Source of the DNA: Rebecca billardiae RCC1528
Taxonomy: Eukaryota > Protista > Haptophyta
Assembly: GCA_965240325.2 (NCBI GenBank)
Contig: OZ251255.1
Coordinates: 372,001 to 436,000, forward strand
Reading direction: 5' to 3'
DNA: 64,000 bases
Shown piece by piece: positions 10,500-23,286 of this stretch. Below the pieces are notes generated by a model that was given only the letters and a program-made list of their open reading frames with translations, had not been told where the DNA came from and ran no database searches. A program made the position numbers and the translations under genes. Each line of letters opens with the position of its first letter. The stretch's first letter is position 1.

Positions 10500-13400
10500 A
10501 TGTGGGCGCCGCCTCCGGGGCACGGCTTGGCGGCGAGCATGCAGGCCGCGCATGCTTCGCCGCAACCAATCGATCGCATCCATCGACAGCACCCGTCGGG
10601 CGAGGGTGCGACGTCGCGCGGAGCAGCGCTGACGCGCGAGACCATGTTCGCGCCCGTGACCGGCGCACCTCCTGTGTGCGCGAGCGTCGACGACGGCGCC
10701 GCTTCCACCATTCGCGCGTACAGCAGCGCAACTGCGCCATGGCCCGTGCCCGCCGGCCCCGACAACGTTGCCTCCGCCTTACCCGCGGGATGCGCGGCCA
10801 TGACGCTGCCGCAAGCACCGCCACGCCCTCTGACGCCGGAGATGGAGCTCACGCTCTTGGACGGTGGGCAGGTGCGAGCGGTCCCGAGGGAGCCGCCCGC
10901 GCAGGCTGCCAAGCGGCCAAGGAGCAACGGCGGCTTTGACCTAGACGCCGTCGCAAGCTGCTCACCGGCTCCTCCAGCACACCGCGCCGCGCCGCACGAC
11001 GGGCCCGGGCGGCCACCAGCCATCTTGTGTGGTGGCAGCCGCGCTTTGCCACGACAAGGCGTGTGCACGCCCAGACCCGGCCACGGTTGCTGGGCGCTGG
11101 GCGCAGCAGGGAGCGCGCTGTCGGTTACTTTCGACGCGGGTCACGGGTTGCCGCCCGACGTGCCAACGGCACCATGTGCGGACGCCGTGCCCTTCGGCCA
11201 GCGGTTGCCTCCTGCAGAGGCGACGCGTGCTCGCTCGACCGGCAACCCTGCGCATGACGCGCGTGGGCTGATGATGGCGCCGCCACGGCCTGCTGCCGCG
11301 CGTGGCGCGCATCTCGCATACACCACTGCCGAGCAAGACGCGTACGCACGCGGGGTCCTGGATGGCCGGCTCGATGGGCGCGGCCTTTTTTTGTCAGCCG
11401 CGGCGGCGGTGCCGCCTCCGCGCCATCCCCGTGTGGCCGCGCCAGAGCCACACGCGGCTGGACCGCCATGGGTTGGGCAATCCCCACGGGGCTACGCAGA
11501 CCAACGCGGGGCAGGCTGGGCGCACGTGCCGATGCCACCTTCTGCCGGCCCGCCGCCGTACCCACCGCACGAGGCGGGGCATCAGGCGTCGATCTCGGGC
11601 CTTCTTGCCGAGCCGGCGGCCGTGGTGGACGCGCCGCCCGGCCACACGGGACCCTACGAGACTTGCCCTCCTCCGCCCCCGCTGCCGCCCGCGTGGCCGG
11701 CTCACGCGGCGCTTGCGCCGGCGTTTTTGGCGGCTGTGCCGCTCCCAGCAGGCTGGGCCGCCAGCTCGCGCGATGTCGCAGGGAGCGAGACGAGTTCCGA
11801 CCTGCAGCCGCAGGGACATCAGCACCCTCCGCTGCCGCACCAGCCGTTGTTTACGACACGACCATCCGCGATGCACGCACCACCCACGCGTCGGAGCGGC
11901 GCGGCCTCGCTGCCGGCCCTGCTGCGCGCGGACAACGAAAGTCGCAGCACCAGCCAGTACGGGGGGTGCGACGCAGACGCCCACGCTGACCCTGCGTGGT
12001 GGCCGATCGGTGCTGAGGCGCGAGAAGGCGGCGTCCGAGGCGGTGGCATCGGCCTCACAGCGTGGCGCGACGACGTGGCAGACGAGCTGAGCGGCGCCAA
12101 CGAGCCGTGTGCCGATGACGTTTTGCGGGCGTGCAGGCGCGGCGCTCCAGCGCCACTGCCGATCACGTGCGCGCTCCTGCACGCGATGGGAGAGCGGCTT
12201 GCCTTCAAGCTCGAATGTGTACGCGCTCGCGCCCGCGCCAGACTTGCCGGGCTGTGCCATCATCTGCGTGCCGCGCGTCTCCGTCCGGCTGGCGCGCGCA
12301 TGGGCGCGGGCCGTATTGCGTGGCGCGCGGCCCCGCGATTTGCAGCCTCGCCGCGACCACGCCACCTACGCCGCGCCCCCGCTTGATCGCTCACTTCCCC
12401 TTTCCTACCCGCCCTTACGCGCTCCTGCTATGTGGCCGTGCCTGCGGGTAACTCGCGCGCTGTGCTGACCGCGTCTACTACTACTGCTGCGCACTGCCGG
12501 GGACGCCGTGACTCGCAGGTGGAACGCCTCCTCTTGCAGCACGGCACGCGCACGTCGCCGCAGGCCAACGCGCACGTGGACTTTGATCTGGCTGCCGAGT
12601 GCCGCAAGCTCGCCACGCGCGCCAGGCTGGACTGTCGCACGCTCCCACTGGCTGCGGTCTCGACTGAGCGCGAGCGAGCGCGCTCGTACTCGCCGCTGGC
12701 GACTGCAGCAGCTGGAGGGCCCCAGTCGCCGGGTGCCGGGGCGGGCAGGCCCACCGCGGCCGTTGCGCGCTCCGCCACCGAACGCGCGGGGTCTGCCGAC
12801 GTACCCGCGCACAGCAGCAGCGCCGCAGCCGCCAGCTGCAGCCGCGGCGACTGCAGCCGCGCGGTCGACAGCAGCAGCGGCGGCGGGGGCGGCCCTCCGA
12901 TGGATGCCGGCCCGCTGCACGCGGCCGAGCTGTTCCGCGCGCTGCAGACTCTTTCGAGCTGGCTGGATGACCTGCTGCCAGATGCCGCCGAGGCACGCGC
13001 GCGTCTCCACCCAGAGCCCCGCGCGGAGGTCGCGCGCGGAGCCTGCACCGTGTCGGCCACGCGCGCGGCGCGTGCGCCGCGGCGCCGCGCACCTGCGCAA
13101 GGCGGCCCGCGGCGCGCGCCGGCGCCTGCTGCTCATGGCTGACCTCGCTTTCCTTCCGCGCGCCCATCCCGCGCGCACCCGGCAGGGCGATGCGAGGCCG
13201 CAGCACGTGGTCGTCCATGATCCCGAGCTCTCCACGCCTGCGCCGGGCGGTGGGCTACTCGTCCCGATCAACGCGCGCAACACGCAGAACGGCTGCGCAG
13301 TCACAGCAGCGTATGACGGCGCGCCAACGGCCCTGTTGGAGGAGACGGGCGCGCGCGCGCAGCTGGCTGCGGCCGCCCGCGCACCGGTGGCCGAATGCAG

Positions 13401-15977
13401 CTCGGCGCAGCACACGCGAAGCGCGGTGGCTGCGGCGGGCGCAGCTGCGCCCGCCATCAGCGCCGGGAATGCCGCGGCTGCCCGCCAGCTCCACGGCAGC
13501 AACGATCCGGGAGCCCGCACGAGCGCGCCAGCCGTTGCCGCCGCGACGTCAGCGACGCCGCCGACGCGCGATGACGACGCAGCAAGCGGCGCCGCACCAG
13601 CGGCAGCGGGGTGCGCGCCACGCGCGGCGCGTCACGATCCTGCTGCTGCGCGCGTGACCGCCCGCTGCGCGCGCACGACGGCGCCGACCTGCGCCCTGCC
13701 GACCGCCCTCCCCGCGCGCGCCGCGCACCGCGCCTGACACTGGTCGGTCGCGCTGCACGCGCGCCTCGGCACCCCTGTTTGACCCCGCGCTGCCACGTCA
13801 CGCCGCGCGTGCCTCAACGGCCATCGCGTCCGACCTGCCCGTGGCTGCTGCGGCCGCTCTGACGGGCTGCCCACCAGTCCTCCCAACTCAGCCGTCCTCG
13901 CGTCGCTGCGTGAGAAACTCTTTGCGAAGGTGTGCGCGGCGCGACCCGCCCCGCGCGCGCGCAGCAGCGCGTGCGCGCGCATGCGACGCCCAAGTCTGCG
14001 CGCGCGTGCGCGCGCTCCTGCTGATCGGTGCGCGTTCGCGCGCCCCCATGGCAGATGGCGGCGGGTGCCGTGCAGACGGCAAACGGCGTGCGCGCCAAGA
14101 CGCAGCGGCAACTCGCGGCGCGTGTGGATGTCGCCGCGCAGCTGCGGACCGCGCGCGCGGTGGACACCCGGCTGCGCGCGTGGCGCGCCTCTCTCCTCGG
14201 CTTTGTGTCCGTGGTCGTGCACCTGCGCGCCAGCAGGGTGGGCGCACCAGCAGCGGCGAACGGGGCGGTGGACCTCAAAGCGCTGATGGCCAACCTCTCG
14301 CCGCAGGCGCTCGAGGGCGGCATCAACCCGCACGGCGTGCGCCACGTCGTCGAGACGAACCTTCTGTGGCAGTCAGGCGGCAGAACGGCGGCGCCCCTGA
14401 GCGCTTGCCCGATCCGTCAGCGGACGGACGCTCTTCCGGCCGTGGGCTCGAGCGAGGGTCCGACCAGCAGCGCGAGCGCGAACCCGCTCACGCCGGTGCT
14501 ACCTGTGGCGGCGCGCGTTCTCGGCTGCGTGGCCGCGGACACGCACGCTGCCGGCGTGTTCGAGGCGGGTGTGGGTGTGGCGCCAGACGAGAGTTTGTGC
14601 GGTGGCGCGCACGCGTGTGCTGCTCTCGAGCCCGGCGCTGACGGCGCGACGCCAACCGCGGCGCGGGCGCGACTCGCCACGGCCGCCGTGATCCAACCCG
14701 AGCGCGCCGTGAGCGAGGCGGTCCGCCAGCGACACCGGGCGCTGCGTGAGCGGCTGGCAAGGCTGCCGGAGGCGGTGGACGCTTGGCGCGTCGGCGGCGG
14801 TGAGGACGGTGGGGCGGGATCGGACACGGACGACGTTGGCTCTGACCACGGTCGCCAGCCCGGCGGTGGCGCGGACGCGCGGCTGGGCGGCCGCGGCGCG
14901 CCAGGCGCGCGCAGCGGCGTGGTGGCGCCGGAGCTCCCGCCGCCGCCGTTGCCACCCGGCGTGATGCCCGTGCCCACGCCACGCAACGCGCTCGGCAAGG
15001 CGCTGACTCGCATTCTGCGGCATGCGCCGCCGCTCACCAGCCCAGCGGGCCCGGGCAGCGCAGGCACGGCCGAGCCGGCGTGCGCCCACTACCTCGTCGT
15101 GGTGAACACAGGGTGCCCGCCGTTTGCCGCGCCGACGGGTGTCTTTAGCCGCGACGTGCCACCCGGCCCGTGCTGGCCGGGGATGCGGCCGAGCGACTAC
15201 CACCACGAGCGCTTCTCCGGCGAGGCCGCGTCGCGCAGGTGCGCTGCGCCGCCAGCCGGCGTTGCGCTGCACGCTGGCGCGCAGGCCGATGCGGGCAGCT
15301 GGGGCCACGCGCAAGGCGCCGCGGCCGGTGCCAGCACCGCGCGCGGCCAGCACGGCCCGGGCGCCGGGGACGGGGAGCCAGACGCAGCGGGCTATGGTAC
15401 GTGGCCGCCGTCGGTCAGCGAGCCGCGCCTCGCGCCGCTGCCGCTGCGCGACGGGCAGCCGCCGCTGGACGTGCGGCGCTGGGCGCGCGCGTGGCAGCCG
15501 GAGGGCAACGTGAGCGAGTATTTTCCAAACCTGATCTGGACGGCGAGGGGCGTGTGGGCTGAGCCCGAGCAGGCGCCGATGGGCGAGCAGCAGCGGGCGC
15601 GTAACGCATGGGCGTGCGCGTGGCGAGGCGGGCCCGGGCAGGCGGATGCGGCGGAGCCCGACGCGCTGGGATCGGGCAACGGACGCGACGGTGCGCATGA
15701 CGCGGCCGCGTGCGAGCGCGCGCCACCGCACAGCTACCGCAACGCCGACCCAGCCGGCGCCGCCATCGGCGCGAGGCCGGCGCCGTTGGCGCCGCCGTGG
15801 CGGCTGCGTTACGTGGCGGTGCCTGCGCTGGACTTGCCCGCGCCGTCGGGTGACGACGGAGCGTCGCCGCCGGGTGGTCGACGGAGCGGCAATGCCCGTC
15901 GCGGCCGCAGCATCGGCCGCAAGCGCGCGGGCGATGGGTCTCGACGTCGCTCTCTTGGCGTCCCGCCTCCCGGCTGA
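10500..15977 (+). CDS. Large multi-exon hypothetical protein; disordered N-terminus, several globular-looking blocks
   Basis: Chain of same-strand ORFs (10473-12386, 12432-13142, 12508-13737, 14028-15977); a phase-compatible GT-AG intron at ~12219-12518; no family recognised; might be two genes. Confidence 0.55.
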
Positions 15978-16647
15978 GGCGCCTGCCACCGCACCGCCGG
16001 TGTGAGTGTGATTACCGGGCCGCCGCGCCGCGACGCCGCGCGCGTACCATTGTATCTCCTGCTGTGTGAATAGCAGCAGTCACTGTTAGTTGGCACTCAC
16101 CAGCACGGCAGAGTGATCGTGTGGGCGGGCAATAAAATCACGAAAAATAGTAAAGCATAGATCGAGTCGTATGGGTAAAAGCTGCTGGTAATAAAGTCGT
16201 TCGTCAAATCGTCGAGCTGGGTGAGACGATTTTAGAAACCTGCGGTCGAGCTTGTGAACCAACTCTGTGATAGGATGATGAGTCTCGACGAATATGCGAT
16301 TTGCACCGAATCGGTTCCAATGCCCCATGCTCATCACCTTCCTCATCGCCTCATAGAATTGATCGGATAACTACGGCCCTTGATGAGAGAACGTTCTTTC
16401 CAGAAGGTCACCGTTTTAGCTTCCGGGTACGATCATCATCACTCGGGTGAGCAGTCCTTCCGAACAGCGCTCGCCAGCCGGACCTCGGTCGGGTTGCCCT
16501 CGTCGTTCCGGGATGGTCGGAACTTCGGCGCGAATCTGCCGAAGGCGTTCATCAGGATCCGTCGGCATCGTGCGAGTCCGGCCGCCACCGAAATTACGAT
16601 TTATTAGCAGCGCCGCACCCACTGCGCACCGCTCGATCGTCGCCGTC

Positions 16648-17992
16648 ATGCTCACGTCGTTCGCTCTCTGCGCAGCGCTGGCGTTCAGCGGGCCGGCGGT
16701 CCGCCCGGCGACGCGCTCGTCGCGCGTGGTGGTGCGCATGGAGGACGCCGCGGCGCCCCCGGCCGAGGAGGCGCCCGCGCCCCCGCCGCCGCCGCCGCCG
16801 CCCAAGATGTCGCCGTCGGTGCCGTTCCTGCAGATGCAGCCGGCTCTGGCGGGCATGGTGGGTGAGGAGGTGGCGTTCGATCCGCTCGGCCTCTCGAGCG
16901 CGTTCCCGATCGACTGGCTGCGCGAGGCGGAGCTCAAGCACTGCCGCGTGTGCATGCTCGCCACCCTCGGCTTCGTCGTCGCAGAGTTTGCCCACCTGCC
17001 GGTGCGTGCTGCCCCGCGCGCCGCCGCCGCGCGGGCGGCTTCCGCGCGAGTGGGGCGGCGTCGGTGGCTGCGTGGCGCGGGTCAGGGCGCGGGGGCCGTT
17101 GGTTTGCGGCTGGTCCGTGTGCTCGGAGACGGGCCGCGAGCAAGCGTCCGTGCCCACGGCTGGCCCTGCCCCAGCCGCGCGCGGGCGGCGAGGTCGGCTA
17201 GACTCGCATGCGCCGCGCGTGGCCTCCAGAGCACCGCGCCTGCGCGCGCGCACGCGCCCTGCGCCGCGCTCACCGTGCCCCGCGCGCCCGCGCGCGCCGC
17301 GCGCCCGCAGGGCCGTGAGTTCACCTCGGTCGCCGCGCACAACGCCAACCTGGAGACGGGCGCGATGACCCAGCTCATGATCTGGATCTCGCTCGCCGAG
17401 ATTGTCTCTGCGGTCGCGGTTGCGCAGATGATGAACGGCAGTGGCCGGAAGCCGGGCTACTTCGGTGCGTCGGCGCGTGCGCGGGGTTGTGGGTGGGCGG
17501 GCTGGGCGCGGAGCACGCCGGCGCGGTGGGTCGTGCTGCCCCAGCCGCGGCGGCGCACGGCGAGGGCAGCGACGCGCGGCCGCGTCCCGTCGGCAGGCGG
17601 TGCGGTAGTCGCTCACGCGCGGCCTAGCGCCTTGGGAGGCGGTTTCGGGGCGCCGGGCGCTGTCCGGGGCATCGGCAGCCGCACGCGCGGGGCGTACGCA
17701 CCTCGCGGCATGCCCGCGCCCCGCCCGCCGCTCGCTAACCCGCCGCCCACCGCCCGCCTCCCTGCATCTTCCCCGCCCCTCCTCGACGCCTACGCCTACT
17801 CGTACTCCTCGTGTTCGTCCGCTGACGCGCGCGCGCGCAGGCTTTGACCCGTTGAAGTTCTGCAAGGACGAGGCGTCGACCAAGAAGATGGAGCTGGCCG
17901 AGCTCAAGAACGGCCGCCTGGCGATGCTCGCGTTCTCGGGCATGGTGACGCAGGCGGCGCTCACGGGCAACGGCTTCCCGTACCTCTACTAG
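16648..17992 (+). CDS. LHCR: Light-harvesting chlorophyll a/c-binding protein, probably Lhcr-type, with bipartite plastid-targeting peptide
   Basis: Exons 16648-17001, 17311-17464, 17841-17992; [48 protein letters not shown]; N-terminus [14 protein letters not shown]. Confidence 0.95.
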
Positions 17993-19218
17993 GCGCGCGG
18001 CCTTGCCGACTGACGGCGGTGTCCCCGGTGAGTCGGACGCCGGCCACTAGCGGCGGCGGCCGCAGGGCACCGTGGGGGTCCGCGGCGGCAGGGGCCCCGC
18101 GTCACCACCGGCGCTCTGACAGCAGACTGCTACTGCCAGAATATCTGACCGAATGAAACCAGCACGCCTGCGGCGGATGGGATGGCCGTCGCGAGTGTGA
18201 CGGCCGCTCGAAAGTCCGACGTGAACGCCGCGGCGCCTGTAGGAGTGACTGCCAATGTGACAGCGTACGACTGAGAAAAAAACTGATGATGAATGAATCT
18301 GACCGAGCAGCGCCAGTCTGACATTGTCAGTCGTTTGGCGGTCAGAGGCCGCCAAACGAAGACTGGTGAGCAGGACCAGGCCAGAGGCCGCCAAAAGCCC
18401 CAAAATAATGGCGGTTGCCCGGTGGCCCGCATTCTCAATTCGGTGCCACCGGGTGCCGGCGCAGTGCGGAGTAGTGATGGCACGCCATTGGCGCATTCGC
18501 GCGTGCAGACGCTGCACGTTGGCGAAATATGCTGCCAAGCCATGCTGCTTCGCCATGCCACGGTGCTTTCGCTTTGACGCAGGGGTCATTGGTAGTGTGA
18601 CCGGACGCGCCGACTCGGCAAAACGCGCAGCAGATGTCCCGCTGCAAGCTGCAAGCACTCTGCCTTGGAGGCGTCGCACCCTTGCCAGTTGCCGACGATA
18701 GACCTGTCGTAGACGCCTGGACTGCAATCGACACCAGCTCTACTCGCTTCGCCGCCACTACTGTCGAGCTTGAGATGCTTCCGACGGTGCGCGTGCTCGC
18801 ATGCAGCTTGCCGCCTGCATTTGAACGTGGGCACGGCAGGTTGGTTGTCCGGATGATCTGGCCTCCTCGGCGCAGACTACGACACGATGCGTGTCACGCA
18901 AGCCCTTGCCGCCTGGGAAGGCGTGAACACGTGCCCTCGTGCATCTGGCAAGATGATGAGCAGTCGGCGAGCGCGCGGCCAGCCAGTTCCGCGTGGCACT
19001 GCTACCTACTGCTACAGTTCTGGGATGCGATCCCGCCGACCCATGATGGATGTATCTCGCGTGCGCGGTTGCGCGGCCGCATAACTGACGATCGATCGAC
19101 ACTGGCACCGTACGTCGGAGCAGTCAAGTCTCACTGAGGCGGCGCGCGATCGACTCAGGAGTGACTCAGATGAGGGTAGTCGGACCCGCGCAGCAGCGAC
19201 TGAGTACTTGGCCGCCTA

Positions 19219-20130
19219 TTATGAGCTGACAGGCGGCATCCTGGCCGCGCAGCCCGATGCTGCGCCCGCCATCGCGCCCGCACATTCGCCGCCGCCACCG
19301 CCATCGTGCGCGGCGCCGAGCGCCGGCGGTGCGCCGCGCTGCGGCAGCGCGCTCTGGCGAAGCGCCTCCACCGCCTCCGCCGCGCGCACGTGTCGCGCCT
19401 CCTGAGCAACTGCGCAGCACGGGCAGAAGAGGTGCACGGCCGCGTCGGCCAGCGCGGTACCGTCGATCGCATGCGTCCGGCGCAGCACGCCACGGCGCCA
19501 CGCGCGCCACAGCGCATCCGCCACCACGCCGAGCAGCGAGCTGAGGACAACGATCGCGACGTAACGGCCGCAGCGTCTAATATTGAGGCGGTTACGCGTG
19601 GACTCGTGGTACTTGGCGTTGTGGCACGGGTCGTGTGGCGGCAGCAGCAGCGCGACGATCGTGAGCAGCACCGCGGCATACCGGCATCCGAGTGCGCCGC
19701 CCCGCCGCCAGCCCGCGAACCCGCAGGCGGCGGCGGCGGTGACGACACCCGCCTGCGCCAGGCTGAGCCCCCACGTGTCGGCAATCAGGTGAGGCATGGT
19801 GAGCACCACGAGGACCAGGATGGCGGCCACCTTGGCGAGCCCGCCCACGAGGCAGAAGCTGCACAACCACGGCCCCACACCCGAGCCGGGCGCGAGCTTT
19901 GCCTGCGTGCGCGCCCACAGCACACACGGGCAGAGGGCGGCCATTGCGCACACGTCGCCATCCACGCCGCACTCGAAGAGGCCCGAGGTGAAGCGCCCTG
20001 TGACGGGCGGCGGCGGTGGGTGGAGGAGCGCCGTGCCGTCGCCGGTGCCCGCCGCGTGATGCTCGACGTCGTCGGCGGGCGGGATGATGACCTGCTCGTC
20101 GCGTGTGACCTGCTCGTCGCGCGTAATCAT
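19219..20130 (-). CDS. PLAC8/PCR-family Cys-rich membrane protein with an extended hydrophobic insert
   Basis: FTSGLFEC..CAMAALCPCVLW and DAAVHLFCPCCAVAQEARHV motifs; single exon. Confidence 0.85.
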   Translation of the reverse strand: MITRDEQVTRDEQVIIPPADDVEHHAAGTGDGTALLHPPPPPVTGRFTSGLFECGVDGDVCAMAALCPCVLWARTQAKLAPGSGVGPWLCSFCLVGGLAKVAAILVLVVLTMPHLIADTWGLSLAQAGVVTAAAACGFAGWRRGGALGCRYAAVLLTIVALLLPPHDPCHNAKYHESTRNRLNIRRCGRYVAIVVLSSLLGVVADALWRAWRRGVLRRTHAIDGTALADAAVHLFCPCCAVAQEARHVRAAEAVEALRQSALPQRGAPPALGAAHDGGGGGECAGAMAGAASGCAARMPPVSS

Positions 20131-20460
20131 GCTGCGCAGCCTGCGCTGGTGCAGACGAAATGTTCAACGTCGTCGTCGTCGAATCGCGATATATTATTCG
20201 TCCCTGTCCCAACTCCCAACCGATTTCAGCCCGGCGCGGCGAGTAGCGCGCAATGAATAAAAAGACATGCGTGATGAACCTGATGAGTAGTGATGACGAT
20301 GCACGCGCCGCCCGTGATGGCGGCATACCGTACCGCGTACCGCCACTCCATCAGCGCAGCGGCTGGACGTATCGGCCGGACCACGCCGGCCGCCCGACGA
20401 GCCAGCTGCCCCTCGTCGTGCTAGCCGCGTGTGGGCGGCGCGCGGCCGCTTCCACGCGGC

Positions 20461-22314
20461 TCAGCCCGTCGCCGCTGGCGGCAGCCCCGCCGGCAGGGTG
20501 CCGCCGTTCAAGCTCTGCAGCCGGCGCTTGGCCGCGGCGAGCCGCGCGCGCTTTCGTGCGAGGCGGTCCGGCAGCGAGAGGGCGGCCTCGCCGCCGTCGC
20601 TGTCATCAGCCGCCGGCATCTCCCGCGCGGGCCCCGCGCCACCATGCCCGCCCGGACTACTCCGCACCGGACTGCTGCGGTGGCTCGAGGAGGCGCCGCT
20701 GCTGCGCCTCCGCTGCTCGCGCGCGCCGCCGTCGCGCGCGCCGTCGGCGACGTACGCGCCATCGTGCGCCTCTTCCCCGCCCGCACCGGACATGCGCCGG
20801 GCAATGCGCCGGCTCCCGTCTGCAGCCCCGCCACCGTGTGGCTCCGCGGCCGTGGCGCCGAGCCGAGCAGCGCCGCGGCTGTAGCCACGGCGCGCGCCGA
20901 GCGCGCGGCGCGGCGCGGCGCTCGCGCCGTCATCACCGTCGTCGTCGCTCTGCGGCGCTGCGGCGCCGACGACGCGGCGCCAGTCGGCGTGCGGACGCTC
21001 GCCGCGGCCGTCGTACGCGTCCGCCACGCTGCCCTCCGTCTCGACGCCCTCCGCCTCCTCCTCCTCCCCTCCGGCGCCGTCCGAGGAGTAATCGGAGTAA
21101 AGCGGGTAGCGCTCCTCCTCATCATCGACAGCGCGCCCGCGCCTCGCGCCGCGCGGCGCCGCGCGCGCCGCCACCGTCGGGTGGCGGTGCCCATCCACGA
21201 CGCCATGACTCTCGGCGTAGGGGGCGAAGGCGTCGGATCGCGCCTGGGCGCGGCCACCCGCGCGCGGCGGGCTCCCGCGTGGCCCGGCGCGCGCCGCCGG
21301 CTCGCGAGCGCCTGTGCCGCCGCGCACGGCGCCCGCATCGGCGCGCGCGCGCCTGGGCGGATGGTCGGCGCCGCCGCCGCCGCCACGGCTGAGGCTGTGC
21401 TCGGCGTCGCTCCCGAGCCGGGCCGAGCTGCCACGCCGCGCGCCGGCCGACGGCTCGCGTGCAGCCCGGCCCGAGCCCACGGCGCCCCGCGCCTGCCCGC
21501 CGTGCCACTCGGCGGCGGCCGCCGCGGCAAGCTGCAGCGGAGCTGACTGTTGGTGCGGTCGTGCGCGCTCCGCGCTTGCGGCGCGGCGGATGGTCCGGCG
21601 CGGCTCGACGCCGTCCGCGGGGCGGGCGTGCGCGGGGCCCAGGAGCTGCGAGGCCGACGACGAGCGGCGCGACCACGCGCCGTTCTCGCCGCCCTCCGCC
21701 TCCGCCCAGGAGCGCGCACCGCCATGGCCGCCGGTGCCGTCGCTCCAGCCGCAGCTGCCGCCGCCGCCGCCCGCGCCGCCGCCGCCCGCGCGGCCGGTGG
21801 CGGAGGGCCGGCGCGAGCTCGAGCCGCGCCTGCCACCACCGCCCGGCGCCGCCTCGGCATGGGCCGCGGCCAACGCCGCCGACGAGCCAAACGCCGCCGG
21901 CGGCGGCGCGCGCGCCGGCAGCGCGGCCGCCACAGGCACGCCCGCCGCGAGCGCGCGCGACGTGTGCTGCTGCGAGCGCTCGGCGAGGCGCGCGAGTCGC
22001 CAGTTCTCGCTCCTGAGCTGCTGCAGCTCGTGCTCCGCGCCCGCCTGATGCGCGCGCACCGCGTCCGCCTCCGCCCACGCGCGCACCGCCTCGGCGCGCG
22101 CCTCGGCCACCTCCGTCTCCATCCGACGCCGCGCGCGCTCGGCGGCGAGCTCGGCGGCGCGCGCCGAGTCGGCGGCGAGGTCCCGCTCGAGCTGCGCCTC
22201 GGCAAGATCGGTGCGCACGCGCTCGAGCTCGGCCTGCAGCGCGAGCACCTCGCCCTCGAGGTGCTCGCGCAGCGCCGTGACCTGCGCGTGCAGCCGGCCG
22301 ACGTCGGCGTCCAT
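20461..22314 (-). CDS. Hypothetical protein with N-terminal coiled coil and disordered tail
   Basis: ORF from ATG 22314 (MDADVGRLHAQVTALREHLEGEVLALQAELERVR...) with heptad pattern. Confidence 0.7.
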   Translation of the reverse strand: MDADVGRLHAQVTALREHLEGEVLALQAELERVRTDLAEAQLERDLAADSARAAELAAERARRRMETEVAEARAEAVRAWAEADAVRAHQAGAEHELQQLRSENWRLARLAERSQQHTSRALAAGVPVAAALPARAPPPAAFGSSAALAAAHAEAAPGGGGRRGSSSRRPSATGRAGGGGAGGGGGSCGWSDGTGGHGGARSWAEAEGGENGAWSRRSSSASQLLGPAHARPADGVEPRRTIRRAASAERARPHQQSAPLQLAAAAAAEWHGGQARGAVGSGRAAREPSAGARRGSSARLGSDAEHSLSRGGGGGADHPPRRARADAGAVRGGTGAREPAARAGPRGSPPRAGGRAQARSDAFAPYAESHGVVDGHRHPTVAARAAPRGARRGRAVDDEEERYPLYSDYSSDGAGGEEEEAEGVETEGSVADAYDGRGERPHADWRRVVGAAAPQSDDDGDDGASAAPRRALGARRGYSRGAARLGATAAEPHGGGAADGSRRIARRMSGAGGEEAHDGAYVADGARDGGAREQRRRSSGASSSHRSSPVRSSPGGHGGAGPAREMPAADDSDGGEAALSLPDRLARKRARLAAAKRRLQSLNGGTLPAGLPPAATG

Positions 22315-22563
22315 CGCTGGCGAGGCCGCAAGCCCGCAAGCGTGAAGGTAGTGTGCTGGCAAAGTTGAAAGTGGGGAAAGTGCCCAGCAAGGAAACCTCA
22401 CCACGGACTCGCGAGGCTCTTGATCAGCTCGTCAGCTACTGCTTTGGGAGCGCTGCTGACCACCGAGCGGCCACCCTTGCTCTGAGTCTGTAGTCTGAGC
22501 TCACCAGTCCTGCGACCTGACGGCCCGGCACTCTTACTCGCTGGCGACGGCCTGTCGACGATA

Positions 22564-22567
<4 letters not shown>

Positions 22568-22602
<35 letters not shown>
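22568..22602. repeat. (TA)n microsatellite
   Basis: Direct observation. Confidence 0.98.
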
Positions 22603-22604
<2 letters not shown>

Positions 22605-22880
22605 GAGTTTTCTGGGGTTTTTGGGACTCAAAAATGAGTACCCACGGCTCGCAAAATGAGCCCTGTGGGTGCTGCTGGAAACCGGGTCAATCCCCGTGCC
22701 CCTTTCGAAAGGGGTATGGTCACGGCTCGCCGCCTACGGCGGCTCGTTAGGCAGCCGGGCCTTCGGCCCTCTGCCCCCAGCTCGCTTCGCTCGCAAAAAC
22801 TAACCAGTTTAAACTGGTTAGGTGGGGCGGTCCGGCTCGCCGCCTACGGCGGCTCGGGGTTAGCCCAACGAGATTAGTAG
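22603..22880 (-). mobile_element. Hairpin/palindrome-dense element between TA arrays, possibly a non-autonomous rolling-circle element
   Basis: Perfect palindromes 22699-22714 and 22800-22821; 24-bp direct repeat 22723-22746 / 22833-22856; GNA-triloop hairpins on the minus strand. Confidence 0.45.
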
Positions 22881-22944
22881 TCCACGAACTCTACTTGGGC
22901 GTACACGTACTTCAGCTTCCACGAGGTCTGGTTGACCTCCGAAC

Positions 22945-23166
<222 letters not shown>

Positions 23167-23286
23167 CATCAGTGACGCGAATCAGTGAAGCGTGTACTGA
23201 TCAGCACGCGTTTTAATAGTGTAAGTGAGCCGGCGAGTGTGAATAATGTTAAAAGTATTCGCAATTATTCGTCATCATCATCGTCT

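Noticed and set aside
16274-16294. Minimal hammerhead-like motif TGATGAGTCTCGACGAAT
   Set aside because: Two core positions deviate from CTGANGA...GAAA and no flanking stems are evident.
16119-16621. Possible old MITE forming the LHC upstream region
   Set aside because: Terminal similarity too degenerate and no TSD found.
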